Assembly: GCF_003704095.1 (NCBI RefSeq)
Contig: NW_020846357.1
Span: forward strand, 186,001-250,000
DNA from: Pocillopora damicornis
Taxonomy: Eukaryota
Length of the DNA: 64,000 bases
Reading direction: 5' to 3'
Part shown: piece after piece, positions 1-13,041 of the stretch
Layout of the letters: each line of letters starts with the position of its first letter
Numbering within the stretch: position 1 is the stretch's first letter
The notes under the pieces: generated by a model
Databases searched by the model: none
What the model saw: the letters and a program-made list of their open reading frames with translations, nothing else
Told to the model about the DNA's origin: nothing
Made by a program: the position numbers and the translations under genes

Positions 1-68
1 AAGTAAGGATAAATTTTGGCTTAGGGGAGGGGTAGATGGGCAGTTGCTTGGATACTGACATTGATCCA
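1..68. mobile_element. Right half of a palindromic MITE-like repeat (GGTTAGGGGAGGGGTAG...GATACTGACATTGATC family)
   Basis: Same sequence family recurs at 21703-21804 and 54699-54805, where both inverted arms are visible. Confidence 0.65.
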
Positions 69-210
69 GAATGTTGAAGGTCACTCCACTTTTCTTTGAG
101 GTTGTGAGTCAAGTCTAAGTGGATCAATTCTCTTCATTAATTTGAATTTTAAATTTAATGAATGAAATATGAATGAAATAAAATTTCTGAATGACAAAAA
201 TGTAACTTAC

Positions 211-1672
211 CTTCCAGTATTTGAGATCCGTGTCCCATGTAATTAAATTTACACACAAGAGAGCACATGGACCTAACAAAATATGTTTGTTGTTTTTGAA
301 TTTATTTATATTTTATATTTATTTATAATATAATGTATAATTTATAATAAAAACATATAGTTTAATATAACAATATAATTTATATATAATTATAATATAT
401 ATATATATATATTTATTATTTACTCTGATATTCAAGTATGAATGATTACTGCCACTTTTCTTTCGACCCGAGACCAAGAAAAATTGTAAGAGATTTTAAC
501 TAATATCTCTAACACATGAAAAGTGCCATTGTTTTCCAGCTTTCTTGACCATTTTTGTCTAACTTTATGTTAACCATTACAAATAAGGATCTATGTATCA
601 CTTACCTTGTTTCATCACCAGTTGCCCTGTAAGTGAGAAACTCAGGTAATTCTAAAAAGAGAGCGCATTTATCCCAACAGTCTGTTGGTAAATTTTCCTT
701 TAGCCACAGCATTTTTGGAATCTCCATTTCTGGTGAGGTAGCTCCACCAACATACTTTAACACTTTATGTTTTGTATCATTGATTCTTTTAGCCTGTTCC
801 ATGGCACGGTGATCCAGCCACATAACAATATTTCTGTGAGGTTCTTTGGAAGGACTGCAAGTGACAGGACCTCCTGAAGAATCTAAAGTCACCAGGGAAC
901 ATGTTGCATCAAAACCTATCCCTTTCACCATTCTCACGTCAGTAAGACTGGCACCAACCTCCTGCAAAAAGGTATACAATGATGTTAAACAAATAGTAAA
1001 CTTCAGTATACCTCATTCAATTTGCCTCTGACTATTCTCCACCAGTTAGAGCTAACTTTTTAATCACTTTGCCATGTTGCCTCCAATCGCAAAAGTCAGG
1101 TAAATGTTTGATTAGAATCACGACAATCATAAAATGATTACCTGTCCGTCTATCTGCCTGTCCTCCCGTCTGTCTACCTGCCTGTGAGTAAATGATCACA
1201 AAAGCAAAGCCTACTAGAAATTTGATCCTGATTCAAATACTCCTTAGTGGGTTGATTAGTTCGATAGATAGATAGATAGATAGATAGATAGAATATTAGA
1301 TAGACTACATAGGACAGGGCTGCAGGAGGGCACATTCTGTCCTTTACTAGCCTCCACTGTCCTCCACTAGCCTTATCCTGCGATGATAAAAAGATACCTC
1401 TCCCCTCCCCTCCAGCAGGGATTATCGTGGTGTGTTTGCGAAAAAACTTCCAAAGGATCACAAACGCAAAACAAAAATTTGGAAAATACCTTAACAACTA
1501 AGCATACATTTCTCCATACATCCTCTGATGACTGCTCGTAGTAATCAGTTAGAGGCTGCCAGATTTGCAATGGCTTCGTCGCAGATGAAACGATTCTTCC
1601 ATCGTGGGTAATCAGAGCAGCACGGACGCTAGCTGTTCCAACGTCCACACCTATATAATAGGATTCCATCAT
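211..1672 (-). CDS. FGGY: FGGY carbohydrate kinase domain-containing protein (D-ribulokinase-like), 5' part; exons 1672-1490, 961-606, 272-211; continues beyond window start
   Basis: Spliced translation MMESYYIGVDVGTASVRAAL...YEQSSEDVW...IVMWLDHRA...SPEMEIPKMLWLKEN...RSMCSLVCKFNY carries FGGY N-domain motifs; GT-AG junctions keep frame. Confidence 0.93.
1263..1303 (+). repeat. (GATA)n microsatellite in FGGY intron 1
   Basis: Direct tandem GATA units. Confidence 0.9.
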
Positions 1673-1956
1673 TTTTTGTTACGTATAAAGCTTATGATAG
1701 GGGGCACAGTACACCCTGACAGCTTTTCAGCCATCATCGAAAGATCGCCATATTGGACGAGTAGGGTCTGGTAAAAAGACAACCTTTCCGTCTGACATTT
1801 TCTCCCTCACCCGTCCCCCCGGCCTGAATTTGGCCAGTTCAGAGAATTTCCCAGCGGGGAGGGAAGACAAACTTCAGCTGTAAATCCTATCATAATTTCG
1901 TTTTCTATTAAACTCTTGAAATTTTCTCTTCTTTTTTCAGCCCTCTCTGTGATTTA

Positions 1957-1970
1957 GTTACTTTAGCAAC
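1957..1970. promoter_or_regulatory. Candidate RFX X-box GTTACTTTAGCAAC upstream of FGGY
   Basis: Fits GTTRCY-N2-RGYAAC; about 285 bp upstream of the FGGY ATG. Confidence 0.35.
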
Positions 1971-2898
1971 GAGCTCAAGTTAGGGTCTGGGAGCGAAATA
2001 TTCTAATAATCTCAAGACAGCCAGCTCAAAATTGTTATCAAACTAGTCATTAGCTGAACGAACAGTTTTTGAGAAAGTGGTAGATTATATAGAGACTTAC
2101 TCTCGCTTTCTCCCAAAAAGGATTCCTCCACTAAGCGTGGACTCTCGCGTGTGACTCGTACGAGCTCTTTACTATTGACACGCGCGTTCTTAGGACTGGG
2201 GCATATGATGATCTACCTTTTCCCACTCATTTTGTTCATCTTTTGCTGTTGCTGTGGTTTGTGTTGGCCAAACGGGATCTGTTTCAGGGTTTGTTCAGAA
2301 TAGGGCAAGAAAGGTTAAATTGTATGCTCTGCTGGAATAGGGTTATCTGGCCAGCATTGCTGTTTTCATCTTTGACGGGAAAAGTGTGGCTTCTTTTATT
2401 AAGAGGTAAACAATCTTAATAAAGATCATAAGTTCATCAATGATCTGTACCGTTATGATATTTCCATGTCTTTCAACCGGAAGATTTGTCCATTTTCATT
2501 ACTGTTACAGTTTTTTTAAAGTACTCCCAAGTGCTTACTGGTAAGTTTGGAAAACACAATACTTAGTTATCACTTGTTATCTTACAACATAGACAAAAAA
2601 GAGACAAATCTAGCAGAAGAACTAGTCGTATTCACACATAATTTGATAGATTGGGTAAATACTAAAAGAGATAGATTGTTGCGCGAGGGCCAAGAGTTTT
2701 TCCCTTTTACGATTAAGACAATAGAGTTGTGCCTCGATATTTTCACTGACTTTTTCTCTTGACCAACAGCACAAATGTGATAAGACGTTCCTATATCGGC
2801 TGAGTTAATTCAACTTCCCGTAATCAGAGTACTCTACCACTGGCGCCATTTATGTTGACCTTGACGGTGTGGATGGTAATTGGTATAAAAAATTGTTC

Positions 2899-3117
2899 TA
2901 CCCTTTCCATCCTAACATAAGCATTCATATTCTCTACACCTTCCTCTTCTAATGTCCCTTTGATACTGACATGGATAATTTTTTTGGCAATCAAGAGCTT
3001 CAAAATTGGAGATAATTTCCTTTATTCTTGTGGCCTTTACGTCTGATTAAAGGGTGATATTGAAATGGGAAATTAATTAAATTAGAAGCCAGTCACACTT
3101 AGGGTTTCAGGGTTAAG
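2899..3117. mobile_element. Degenerate about 200-bp MITE with (TTAA)CCCT...AGGG(TTAA)-type ends
   Basis: ACCCTTT start and AGGGTTAA end; similar elements at about 10573-10772 and 29889-30090. Confidence 0.45.
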
Positions 3118-4486
3118 GTATCTTATTGAACGCAGTTGGACTATGATTTTACGAACGGTCTAGGTAGAAACTTTCTATAATCGTTTTTTTTAAATAGAGT
3201 GTCAAAAAATCTGACCGTGAGAGCTAACATAGACAACATGATGACATCGTATTTACTGCAGATGGCCAAATTGTAGAAATACCATTTTTAGGACTCCAAC
3301 CGCAAGGAAGCTTCGAATTTGACATCTGAAGTAATTTTAATTTACGAACACTGCTTGAATTTACCCCACAGAGCGTTAATTGAATTAAGGTCGCCATGTC
3401 ATGATAATGACTGTTCTGTGCAAATCGACATATAATATGTATAGAAACAATCGTATGCTTGAAGTATGTTTTCAAAATAAATTTGCTTTTTTTTACCGAA
3501 AATCCTGAATAATAACATAACAGTCTATCGTTCGTATGAAAGTACAAAATGCCGACAATATCGGTAAAAACATTTGATGAGGTTAAACTGAAATATTGAG
3601 GATTTTAGCGTGCGAGTTAAAAATGATATAGTTTTTTCGAATAAGTTCCTATTACAAGTAACACGTTTTATATGGAGATGAAATTGATTTGAGATTTAAA
3701 AACATTTTTTTTCTTCAACATCGTGTCTGTATTTCCTTTTTACAACGTGTAAACACTCTTTATTTGTAAGCAATTTCAAGTGACTGTAACATTGACAGCG
3801 TGACTAGTAAAACTATATTTGTCACGCGGTAAATACCTATCAGATATCACTCACCGACACTTTTATAACAAATCTCAGTGACTTATTTTCGGTCAGTCGA
3901 ATGAACTGTCGTAGAGGATGGTGGAAATGTTTATCTGTACCTCTAACTGGTGAGAATACCACAGTAATTTTAGGCATACACTCGCTAATAGCACAATAAT
4001 AGTGTTCTTGCGTTACGTTAGCTAATCTGATTAATTCCGTCAGGTAAGTCAAAAGGTTATCGTTAATGATATCAATGACGCTGCAGAGAGCATAGAAAAT
4101 CATGCAATCATTGCAATCTTTAGCGGAAACGCGCCCAGAACCTGTTAGTTAACGTCGAAGCAGGGTTGATTTGTCTGTTGAAAGGTAAGCTTTCGTACAG
4201 TCTCAGTAGTTTGTTTATGTACAAATTGAAGTTGGTAACGAAATGTATATTATGTTTATTTTACAACTATGTTGCCACTCCAATGGGTTTCTGATCGATT
4301 TTGCGTACAATAAGTGGAACGTAGTTTACACACTTTTGGGTTCGATAGTTGACTGGTTTAGCAGAGATTAAGTTTGTAGGACCATTCTGAATTTCTTTCG
4401 TTATATGTTCTTCGTATGTTCTCTTGTATGAATTGGAAAGTCGAGGTTTTCTTTCTTGCGATTGGAAGCCTTCTGAACACATTTAA

Positions 4487-4792
4487 AGGCCCGTTTAAAC
4501 GGTTTCAACATTTGCTTCAACTTGCATTCAACACTCTGTTGAACCAAATGTTCGGTGCGTTTGAACAGGTCGTCCAGTATTGCTGAAAACGTAAAAAATG
4601 TTGAAAGCATGTTGAAAGCGTGTTGAATCAAGTTTGAATCGGTTTAAACTTTCATTCAACATCGATTCAACTTTTCCTTTGTTCTCGAAAATGTTGAATG
4701 GCCCGTTTAAACGGTTTCAACATTTACCCAACGTCCGTTCAACTTTTGTTGAACGAATGTTTGTCAAATGTTGAAACCGTTTAAACGGACCT
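4487..4792. mobile_element. PIF/Harbinger (Tourist-like) MITE, 306 bp, TAA target-site duplication
   Basis: Left TIR AGGCCCGTTTAAACGGTTTCAACATTTG, right TIR CAAATGTTGAAACCGTTTAAACGGACCT (1 mismatch); TAA at 4484-4486 and 4793-4795; extra internal TIR copy at about 4700-4725. Confidence 0.88.
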
Positions 4793-5395
4793 TAAAGAAT
4801 GATCATGTCTCTAGTCACCTATACCTACGACAGGTTCTTAGCAATGAGTAGTGATGTCTTGTTTAAGTTCAGACCCGTTCCGAACAGAAAAGTCTTATTT
4901 TCAACAGTGTGTCGCTACCTCTATTGATTATAAAAATTTTTCCGTTCACGTAGCGTTAGGAACGACGGAATTCCACTGCATGTGTGCGAGGATCGGGTTT
5001 CCGGAAGGCGTCGCTTTTTCCGCAGACGTTGAATGCACGCACGTTCACCACATAAAAAAGTTTTTACTTTGAGTACTTAAATTAGATTTAGATTACGATG
5101 AAATTGAGGGATTTTCTCCTGAACAACCAAATTGTCTTACAGTAAATTTTTCCGGAAGGTACTCCATTGCCCCATAGGAAAGGTTTCAAGGTATGATTTT
5201 GACAAGTATCTGTGAGACTTGTTCCGAATGAGACTAAGAGACAGTTAAATTTCATCAGATCAAGGTCCTCTTTCTGTACTTTGTTCCAGCATCCTGCCTT
5301 AAAAATTGTTTACAATGTTATTTTTTTTTTGGCATCGAGAGAAATCTAAATGGTATGCTTAAAATGTTTACAGGAGTTTCATGTAGCCAGTTGTC

Positions 5396-8300
5396 ATGGC
5401 AGTGAATTACACTCGGAACATGTCTAATTCCAGTCTCACCAGCATAGAGGCTCGTGATTTGGATGAGCGTAAAAGATGGAAGAAGAAGACAATCAAAGCA
5501 AGAATCCTAATTGGAGTTTTAACTGTTATCTGCAGTATACTCATCGTGATATTAATTGTAACCTATGAGAGTGGTCATAAAAATACAGAATGCACACAAA
5601 AGCAGAATGGAAAAGCTGTCAATAACAACATTATTAAGTTTGTCCACATTTCGGATATACATTATGATCCTTTTTATGACAAGAATACACCCCAAAGATC
5701 TTTTTGCCGCCCACAACTTGCAAATAGTACATCAAATTACACAGCACAATATGGAAGGATTGGCTGTGATTCACCAATTGATCTTGTGGAAAATTCCTTG
5801 GATGCCATGCAGAATGTAAGCAAGATAGAGAATGTTAGCTTCATTTTGTTGACAGGTGGGTAACAATGTTAAAAATAAAAAGATAAAGATAAAAGATAAG
5901 AAATAAAGATTTGATTGAGTCTTAATTTTATATATGTCACCAAGAGAATGAGACTATCATTGATATCCCCCAAATATTCCAATCAAAAAATAAGTTTTCT
6001 TTACTTTTTTGTTTCTGTGAGATTATGCCAGGATATCTCTGTTAAACATAAAAATTATCATGATATTAGAGAAAACTTGTTCCAATTATTTTTTGCAGTT
6101 TTCTCTTTGGGATGAGAGAATTCTTTTGGCAATTTCCCAGTCTCCCTTTAATCCTATATATTTCTCCCCTCTGTGTGCATAATGGTGCACCCTGTAATGC
6201 AATGAAACTTTGAAGTATATCTAGTCTTAGCTATTTAAGTCATCAGTTAAAAATAGTGGATTAATCAAACAAGTCTGGCTCCTTATCTTGTTTATTCAGG
6301 TGACTTGTCAGGTCATGGCATGTGGACATCTTATGCTGGTCCACATAAAGTTTTGGACAACATTGCTGAAGTTAGTAACAAGGCACATTCAAGATTTCCA
6401 GATATTCCCATCTTCCCAGTGGTTGGGAATAATGATCTGCCTGGACATTATGTTTTACCAAACTCCAGTGACTGGTATAAAGAGCTTTTGACTTCTTGGG
6501 CTCCATTGATTTTGTGCTCCTCATGCCCCAATGACATGACAAAGCCAACTACAAGGACTGTTTTAGAAGAGAGTTTTTTAAAGGGAGGATACTACAATGC
6601 CAGCATTGCAGGTGATTTTTTACCTTTTTTTTGTCAAGTGTTATTCACCACTCACCTCTGACCTTTAGCCCCCTAGCCTCATGATCCCCCTCTCCCCTCC
6701 CCCCCTGACCACTTCAACCTTATTATAGACAAGCTGATAATGTCTGGGGTAGGAGATACTTTCTGTAATAGACCTATGGGGAGGTGCTCTGTCGTTGGTC
6801 AGATTCCATGGAGTAGTGTTAGTAAAACTAGTTTAATCATTAAGTGTCCATGAAAGTGTCTATTTGTTGATCCATAACGTTACTTTAAGAGTAAAAGTCT
6901 CTTAGATCCTAGCTGAGAAAGAAAAAAAAAGAAAAACAGACATAAGGGTGGAGCCATGAACCCTGGAACAAGGCATAACAATTTGGAAAAAAAATTGTCC
7001 TAAGTATTCCCAACCCTTCCTCTGAAGGTGGTACTTAAAGAAGTGGACACCTAGGAATTTGACCTCCCTTGAATTTCAAATATGTTATCAAAATCTTAGT
7101 AGAACTAGCTGTTCACAATCTTATATATAGAGTAGGTGCTAAATGAGATATAATTTTTAGCCCTCATTTGCTTCTTTTAAGGTGGCAAGATTGTGTTATT
7201 AGTCTTAAACAGCCTTTACTGGTCTGTAGAAGTGAATCACAATCCAGAAATCCTTCAAAAGGCTGTNNNNNNNNNNNNNNNNNNNNNNNNNNNNNNNNNN
7301 NNNNNNNNNNNNNNNNNNNNNNNNNNNNNNNNNNNNNNNNNNNNNNNNNNNNNNNNNNNNNNNNNNNNNNNNNNNNNNNNNNNNNNNNNNNNNNNNNNNN
7401 NNNNNNNNNNNNNNNNNNNNNNNNNNNNNNNNNNNNNNNNNNNNNNNNNNNNNNNNNNNNNNNNNNNNNNNNNNNNNNNNNNNNNNNNNNNNNNNNNNNN
7501 NNNNNNNNNNNNNNNNNNNNNNNNNNNNNNNNNNNNNNNNNNNNNNNNNNNNNNNNNNNNNNNNNNNNNNNNNNNNNNNNNNNNNNNNNNNNNNNNNNNN
7601 NNNNNNNNNNNNNNNNNNNNNNNNNNNNNNNNNNNNNNNNNNNNNNNNNNNNNNNNNNNTGTTATGCCTCCCTGTGTAACATTTATGTAGTCTTAACTAT
7701 AAGATTCTTGTCAAATATGTTTTTGTGTCTATTTTTGTTAGAATTGATACTTACGACGGAAAATCCTTCTGGTTCAGTAACTACACAAATACATATGTGA
7801 GCCTTGTGGCCAAAAAGTACAGTTATTTAGTGACTGGTAAGTGTTTTATTTCAAGTTTTTAAATTCTTCTCAAAACCAGCCCCATTCTGTTTGTTTTACT
7901 TGATAACGAATGATCATACCCCTATTGCTATCCCTCTTTTTGATTTTCTCTTGTCCCTCTATTGTTTGTATACCCTGGCAAACTGTTTTTAAGCTAACAT
8001 AAGGTTAATCCAATGGAATTGAGATGTGATTATTTGCCCTGCCGAACGCGGTGGTTGAATTGTCAGCGCACTGACCTCCAGGTCGAGAGGGTGGGGTCAT
8101 GGCTTTTTTTCGATGTCCTTAGATGGGGCAATTTACTCTCACTGTCCTCCCTTTACACAGTTATAGAAATTAATGCCCTTACGATTTGATATTTTTAGCC
8201 TTCCTGAGGCTATAAACATGATTACCTATTCTTTTTTTAGCCCAGTTCTTTGCTCATACACACAAAGACGATTTCCGTCTTCAGCTGTCTATGACAGAAA

Positions 8301-9616
8301 CCGGTGACACTCAGCAAGAAGCACCGAAGTCGTTTGTGCTTCTTGCACCCGCCATATCTCCTGTCTACCATAACAACCCAGCATTTAGAGTAGTGTCGCT
8401 AGAAACAGACCAACTTGTCCTGCTGGATTACACACAGTACTACATGGACTTAGTCATGGCTACAGGTGAGGAATACCAATGCAGCCTTTTTCCCGGTGGG
8501 GGGGGGGGGNNNNNNNNNNNNNNNNNNNNNNNNNNNNNNNNNNNNNNNNNNNNNNNNNNNNNNNNNNNNNNNNNNNNNNNNNNNNNNNNNNNNNNNNNNN
8601 NNNNNNNNNNNNNNNNNNNNNNNNNNNNNNNNNNNNNNNNNNNNNNNNNNNNNNNNNNNNNNNNNNNNNNNNNNNNNNNNNNNNNNNNNNNNNNNNNNNN
8701 NNNNNNNNNNNNNNNNNNNNNNNNNNNNNNNNNNNNNNNNNNNNNNNNNNNNNNNNNNNNNNNNNNNNACACTCGCTTTGGAACGGTGATTTTGGAGTAC
8801 CACGTTTTAATAATACACACTATGGCTACCATATCATCCGATTTGTTGTGCTGTTCTTAAGGTCAAAACTTACTAAAGATCAAAGAAATTCACCTCCTTT
8901 AGCTGATTTTTTTAAAGAAAATTAGAAAAATAAACCTATCAAACTATTTTACCAACGAAGTACTACTGCTGTTAGCTTTGTAGAGAATTGATAAATTTCC
9001 CTAATTAATCGACTCGTCTAATCAGTCTCACACTGAGATAGTAACTCTCACCCTCCTTTTTTTTTTACTGTTATTCTTCCTTAGAGAAGAGTGGGAAGAC
9101 GCCCGCCAGCTGCACGTGTCATTGCGCGAGACGCGAAAAATGGATAAATTTAAGCATGCGAGAGTACTGTGCGTGCTAACCAAACGTGTACTTCGCGCCC
9201 TTTAATTTTTTCGTCTCCCAAGCTATAATGCATGCAACAGTTCTACAAAGATGTGATCTATATACTTCATCAACTGTCAAATTTGTAGAGTAGCTTTTGA
9301 AGGATGTGCAGTTACATGTAACTTTTTAACTGGTTTTATTTCAGAATTCTCAAATCCGATTTGGCAACTGGACTACACTTTTAGTCAGAAGTACCCATCA
9401 GAAAATACGTTTCTCGACGCCAACAGAATCTATGAACTGAATGAAGAACTTATAAACCAAACTAGTAACAAGTTCTGGAAGGGATACGTGTTCTCGCGCG
9501 AGACAAACTACCAGCCGGTGCCGTATTCAAGATTTCAACTTTTCTGTGCAATGCGGCTTGTTTACAAAGAGGATTTCAACAGATGTATTGAACAGTATAA
9601 TGTCCCTGGTGGCTAG
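5396..9616 (+). CDS. SMPDL3: Acid sphingomyelinase-like phosphodiesterase (SMPDL3/ASMase calcineurin-like metallophosphoesterase); exons 5396-5855, 6300-6611, 7182-(gap), 7742-7836, 8241-8465, 9345-9616
   Basis: Motifs FVHISDIHYD, GCDSP, LTGD..GH, GNND, GGYY, QFFAHTHKDDFR, PAISP...NNPAFR, LDYTQYYMDL; N-terminal TM segment; part of one exon lost in N gap 7267-7659. Confidence 0.88.
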
Positions 9617-12111
9617 GGAAATTTAATGATGTTAAAAATGTTAGGGCATTTTTAAGATAATTTATAATTTATAATTTCATTGCCTTTTCTTTACTTCCCT
9701 CTGAAATTGGTAAAGAAAATTAGCGCCATCCTCTGAACAAATCAGATGCAAAATTAATCGCAACTAGCCCAATCGCGTTTTCCCGCACTCCGGAAATTGG
9801 CTTGATTTTACTTCGAGTTCTCATTGGCTCACTCTCATTTTCGCGCGCTCTGTGAAGTTTGCTTTTTTTTTTTTTTTTTTTAACTCGCTACGCGCTCTTT
9901 GTGGCATTCCCCCTTGCCCTGATTGGCCTTTGTGATTATTTTGTCCTTGTTTTAGATGCTCTCTGATGTTGATCAATCCCAGCTTCTTTTTATATTTTCA
10001 CTCGAGAGAGAGATAGGGTAAGGCTTCAAGATTATTAGTACTTGTTTTTGGAAATGTTTCTTACTAACAGGAGTAAAAACACCGCCATGGAAGGAAGTGA
10101 CTGTAGTGCTTTTTTGACTGGAGCTGATCTCAATTCGCAAAGAGAGCACACGCTGTTTTTCTTCCTGAACAAAATCATGAGATTTTTTAGCCGTAAATTC
10201 CGGGAAACTTCGAAAGACGGATTTCTCTAGTTTACGACTCAGTGTTTGAATTATAAAAAAAGATGATACAGTTACGAAATGAAATTATACTAACTTTGCA
10301 AATAAAATGTACATATTCAAATACTAACTTTCTAAGTAGAATTGTGAGATGAAACTTTCCCTTTTGAATTGTCCAGTAAAGGATGTTTTTAATAAATGAG
10401 TTAAACCTACCGCAAACAAGCAGGTGTTTTGTAATCTCCGTTCTCTTTGCATTTTTCAATCTGTTTATCACTGTTGCTCTCGTCATTCAAACTCCTTTCG
10501 TGCAAGAGGCAAATGATTGCGTGCACACTCCTAATATCGTACTGGTCAGGAAACTGACTTCGTAAACACCTTCAACCCCTGCTCACTTAGGAGTGTCCAA
10601 AAAGCAATTTCTCTTTACGAAATCGATATATTGTCGAGCAGAAAAGTAATGAAAAGAAAGAAATAATATCAACTGAGGTATACGGTTAGGTTCGACATCA
10701 AATTCTCTAAACTAACATTAAGGATGTATGCCAAGCAGAAGTGAGAATTAATCTTCAGATCTCGGGAGTGAGGAGAAACTGTTTGGGAACTGTCAAAAGA
10801 AACAGAAATTAGCGTGTAATTAAGTGCTATCAACTGCAACTTAAATCAGGCAATTGCAGAATAACATAGAAAAGTTTGATTGATATGTGACATTACATTT
10901 CAAACAAATCTCTATATGAAAATCGCCGCCCACTTGAAAACACAATCTAATTCTCCCGACTTGGAATCAAATTTCCCCCAAAAAATATTACGCACTATGT
11001 GTGTTGGTTAAACGTTTTATTAGTTCAACGATAAGCTGCATTAATAGCTTTTCCGATTTTTTAATCTGCCGGTTTTCTTTTTCTATATTAATTAAAAATA
11101 AAACTAGTTTAGGTAAATGTGTTACACCCGAAAAAAAAAAAAAAAAAGCTTGGAAAAGCAGCTAACTACCTTTTTCATAAATTAAATTCAGTGGGGTCCT
11201 TTTTTTTAATTAAACTGCGGTGTTTATTAAATGGTATTTAAAACTCTGTGTTGGATCAAATTCCAACCGGCGCAAAAGTTTCCCTGAAATCAGGATTTAT
11301 TTCAATTCAAACAGCCAATATTGTGCTTTTCGGCGACTTTTAGAAAATACAGCGTCAGATTTATATTGGCCACGGATACAAACTTTTCATATTAAAACGA
11401 GTTATTATCGGCAGTCATCAATGTGGCCTCTTGAATTCGATGAGTCTCCATTGGTTGACAATGAAGACAGGATTCAACCAACGATACTGAAATGGAGATC
11501 ACAGGGAGCCGAATTCTGTAAAGTGCGCACGAAAAATCAGGAACACTCTTAACAAGCGCGTAAATAAGAGCGAGAAAAGAAAACACTACTGTCATTTGCC
11601 GAAACCAGAAGGCATTATCAAGCATTGCAAGTGTACTTTTTTCCTGATCGAAAAGCCGAGGTAAGTTTTATATTTGACTTGGTTTTCACTGCAGAGATCG
11701 AATAGCGATTCCAGTCAAAGACAGACGAGACTTGATTTTATAATGTGAAAAAGGATTCGCGGCGATATATTTTCTAATCATGGGAAGGGCCGGACAGGAA
11801 AAATTTGGCTCGAGGTCATAACGTACAGACCGAGCACAGAAAAGTCAAGTAATCTCCCGTCCAGCCGCACCAAACTCAGTCAATAAGTATGTGACCGTCT
11901 TCCCCACTTCTTTTAGCTTGCATCTCGCGCGGCTGCACGGCTTTTTCCAGCCCTGCTCACGCAATCGCATACGGCCCTCATACACGGATTTTCGCCTGCT
12001 TTTTTTCTATAAAAGCGTTAAAAGGCCTGCATGTGTCATATTATAAAATTTGTTACATCATGCAATCAACTATCATCATTGTTACATTTTCTGTCAGTTG
12101 ATAAACTCAAT

Positions 12112-13041
12112 ATGTGGTTCTGGGTGTTTGGATGGTTCCTTGTTCTGACATCAGTGATTGGCAATGGACTCATAATTTATCTCGTCATCACGAAACCTCG
12201 CCTCCATACCCCTGGTAATAATTTCATCGTATCGCTGGCCGTTGCCGATCTCTGCGCATCTCTAGCGTTCTTTCCACCCCAGTTTTGCGCTAAATTCATC
12301 TACACTATTGACCTCAGCCATGCAGGTCTCTTTTTCAAAGTCAGCTTCGCCTTCCTGTACTGTTCCAACACAAATCTTTTCGCAATGGCACTCGATCGCT
12401 TTCTTGCTATTGCAACGCCTTTTCGGTATATCTATTTAATCACGGAGAAAACTACCTGGTCCGTGATCGTTGCGGCTTGGATTTCCCCGTTTTTGCTCTT
12501 CTTCTTTCCTGCCATCTTCACTCACAACAACAATCCAAAGTACACCATGCTCGTGGAAATCTCCCGAATTATTATCTTCCAAATCCTGCCCTTTGTTTTC
12601 TTTGTCGCTGTGACGTTCCATCTACTTCGCGTCGCCCAGAAGGTCAACAGCCAGATCGGTATAATGACCACTCAGGTCCGGTACAACCATGCCACGGGTG
12701 CAGTCAACAACAGGCCACCTGCCCTGTCCAATGTAAACTTCAGGGGTTCGACTGCTTTGATTATCATGGTGATGACCGCCTATAATGTCACATACATCGG
12801 CTGGAATTATCACTGTCTATGCCATCTCATCGGTGTTTGTCAGTCTACCAAGACGCTGAATCACATAGTTTCTATTGCACTGATCGCCAACACTGCTGTC
12901 AATCCAGTCCTCTACTCTTTTCTTAAGAAGGACATTCAGAGGGAATTTTCTAGGTTGTTCTCAGGGAAGGTGCTGAATCCCACTGAAATCGTTGGAAAGG
13001 GGCACGAGTCTCCTAGACCAACCACAATCACAGGAAGGTAA
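12112..13041 (+). CDS. Rhodopsin-family (class A) orphan GPCR, single coding exon
   Basis: Seven hydrophobic segments, GN (TM1), SLAVAD (TM2), DRF (TM3), NPVLY (TM7). ATG 12112 follows acceptor at 12097; upstream donor at 11660/11661 has an in-frame stop just before it. Confidence 0.9.
   Translation: MWFWVFGWFLVLTSVIGNGLIIYLVITKPRLHTPGNNFIVSLAVADLCASLAFFPPQFCAKFIYTIDLSHAGLFFKVSFAFLYCSNTNLFAMALDRFLAIATPFRYIYLITEKTTWSVIVAAWISPFLLFFFPAIFTHNNNPKYTMLVEISRIIIFQILPFVFFVAVTFHLLRVAQKVNSQIGIMTTQVRYNHATGAVNNRPPALSNVNFRGSTALIIMVMTAYNVTYIGWNYHCLCHLIGVCQSTKTLNHIVSIALIANTAVNPVLYSFLKKDIQREFSRLFSGKVLNPTEIVGKGHESPRPTTITGR

Noticed and set aside
7168-8925. Long ORFs containing X runs (also near 16.3, 18.6, 21.8, 23.5, 30.5, 52.9 and 55.7 kb)
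   Set aside because: Artefacts of translating through N gaps; only the flanking exon parts are real.
12031-12111. Longer GPCR N-terminus from ATG 12031
   Set aside because: Lies upstream of a good acceptor (12097) paired with a consensus donor at 11661, so probably intronic.
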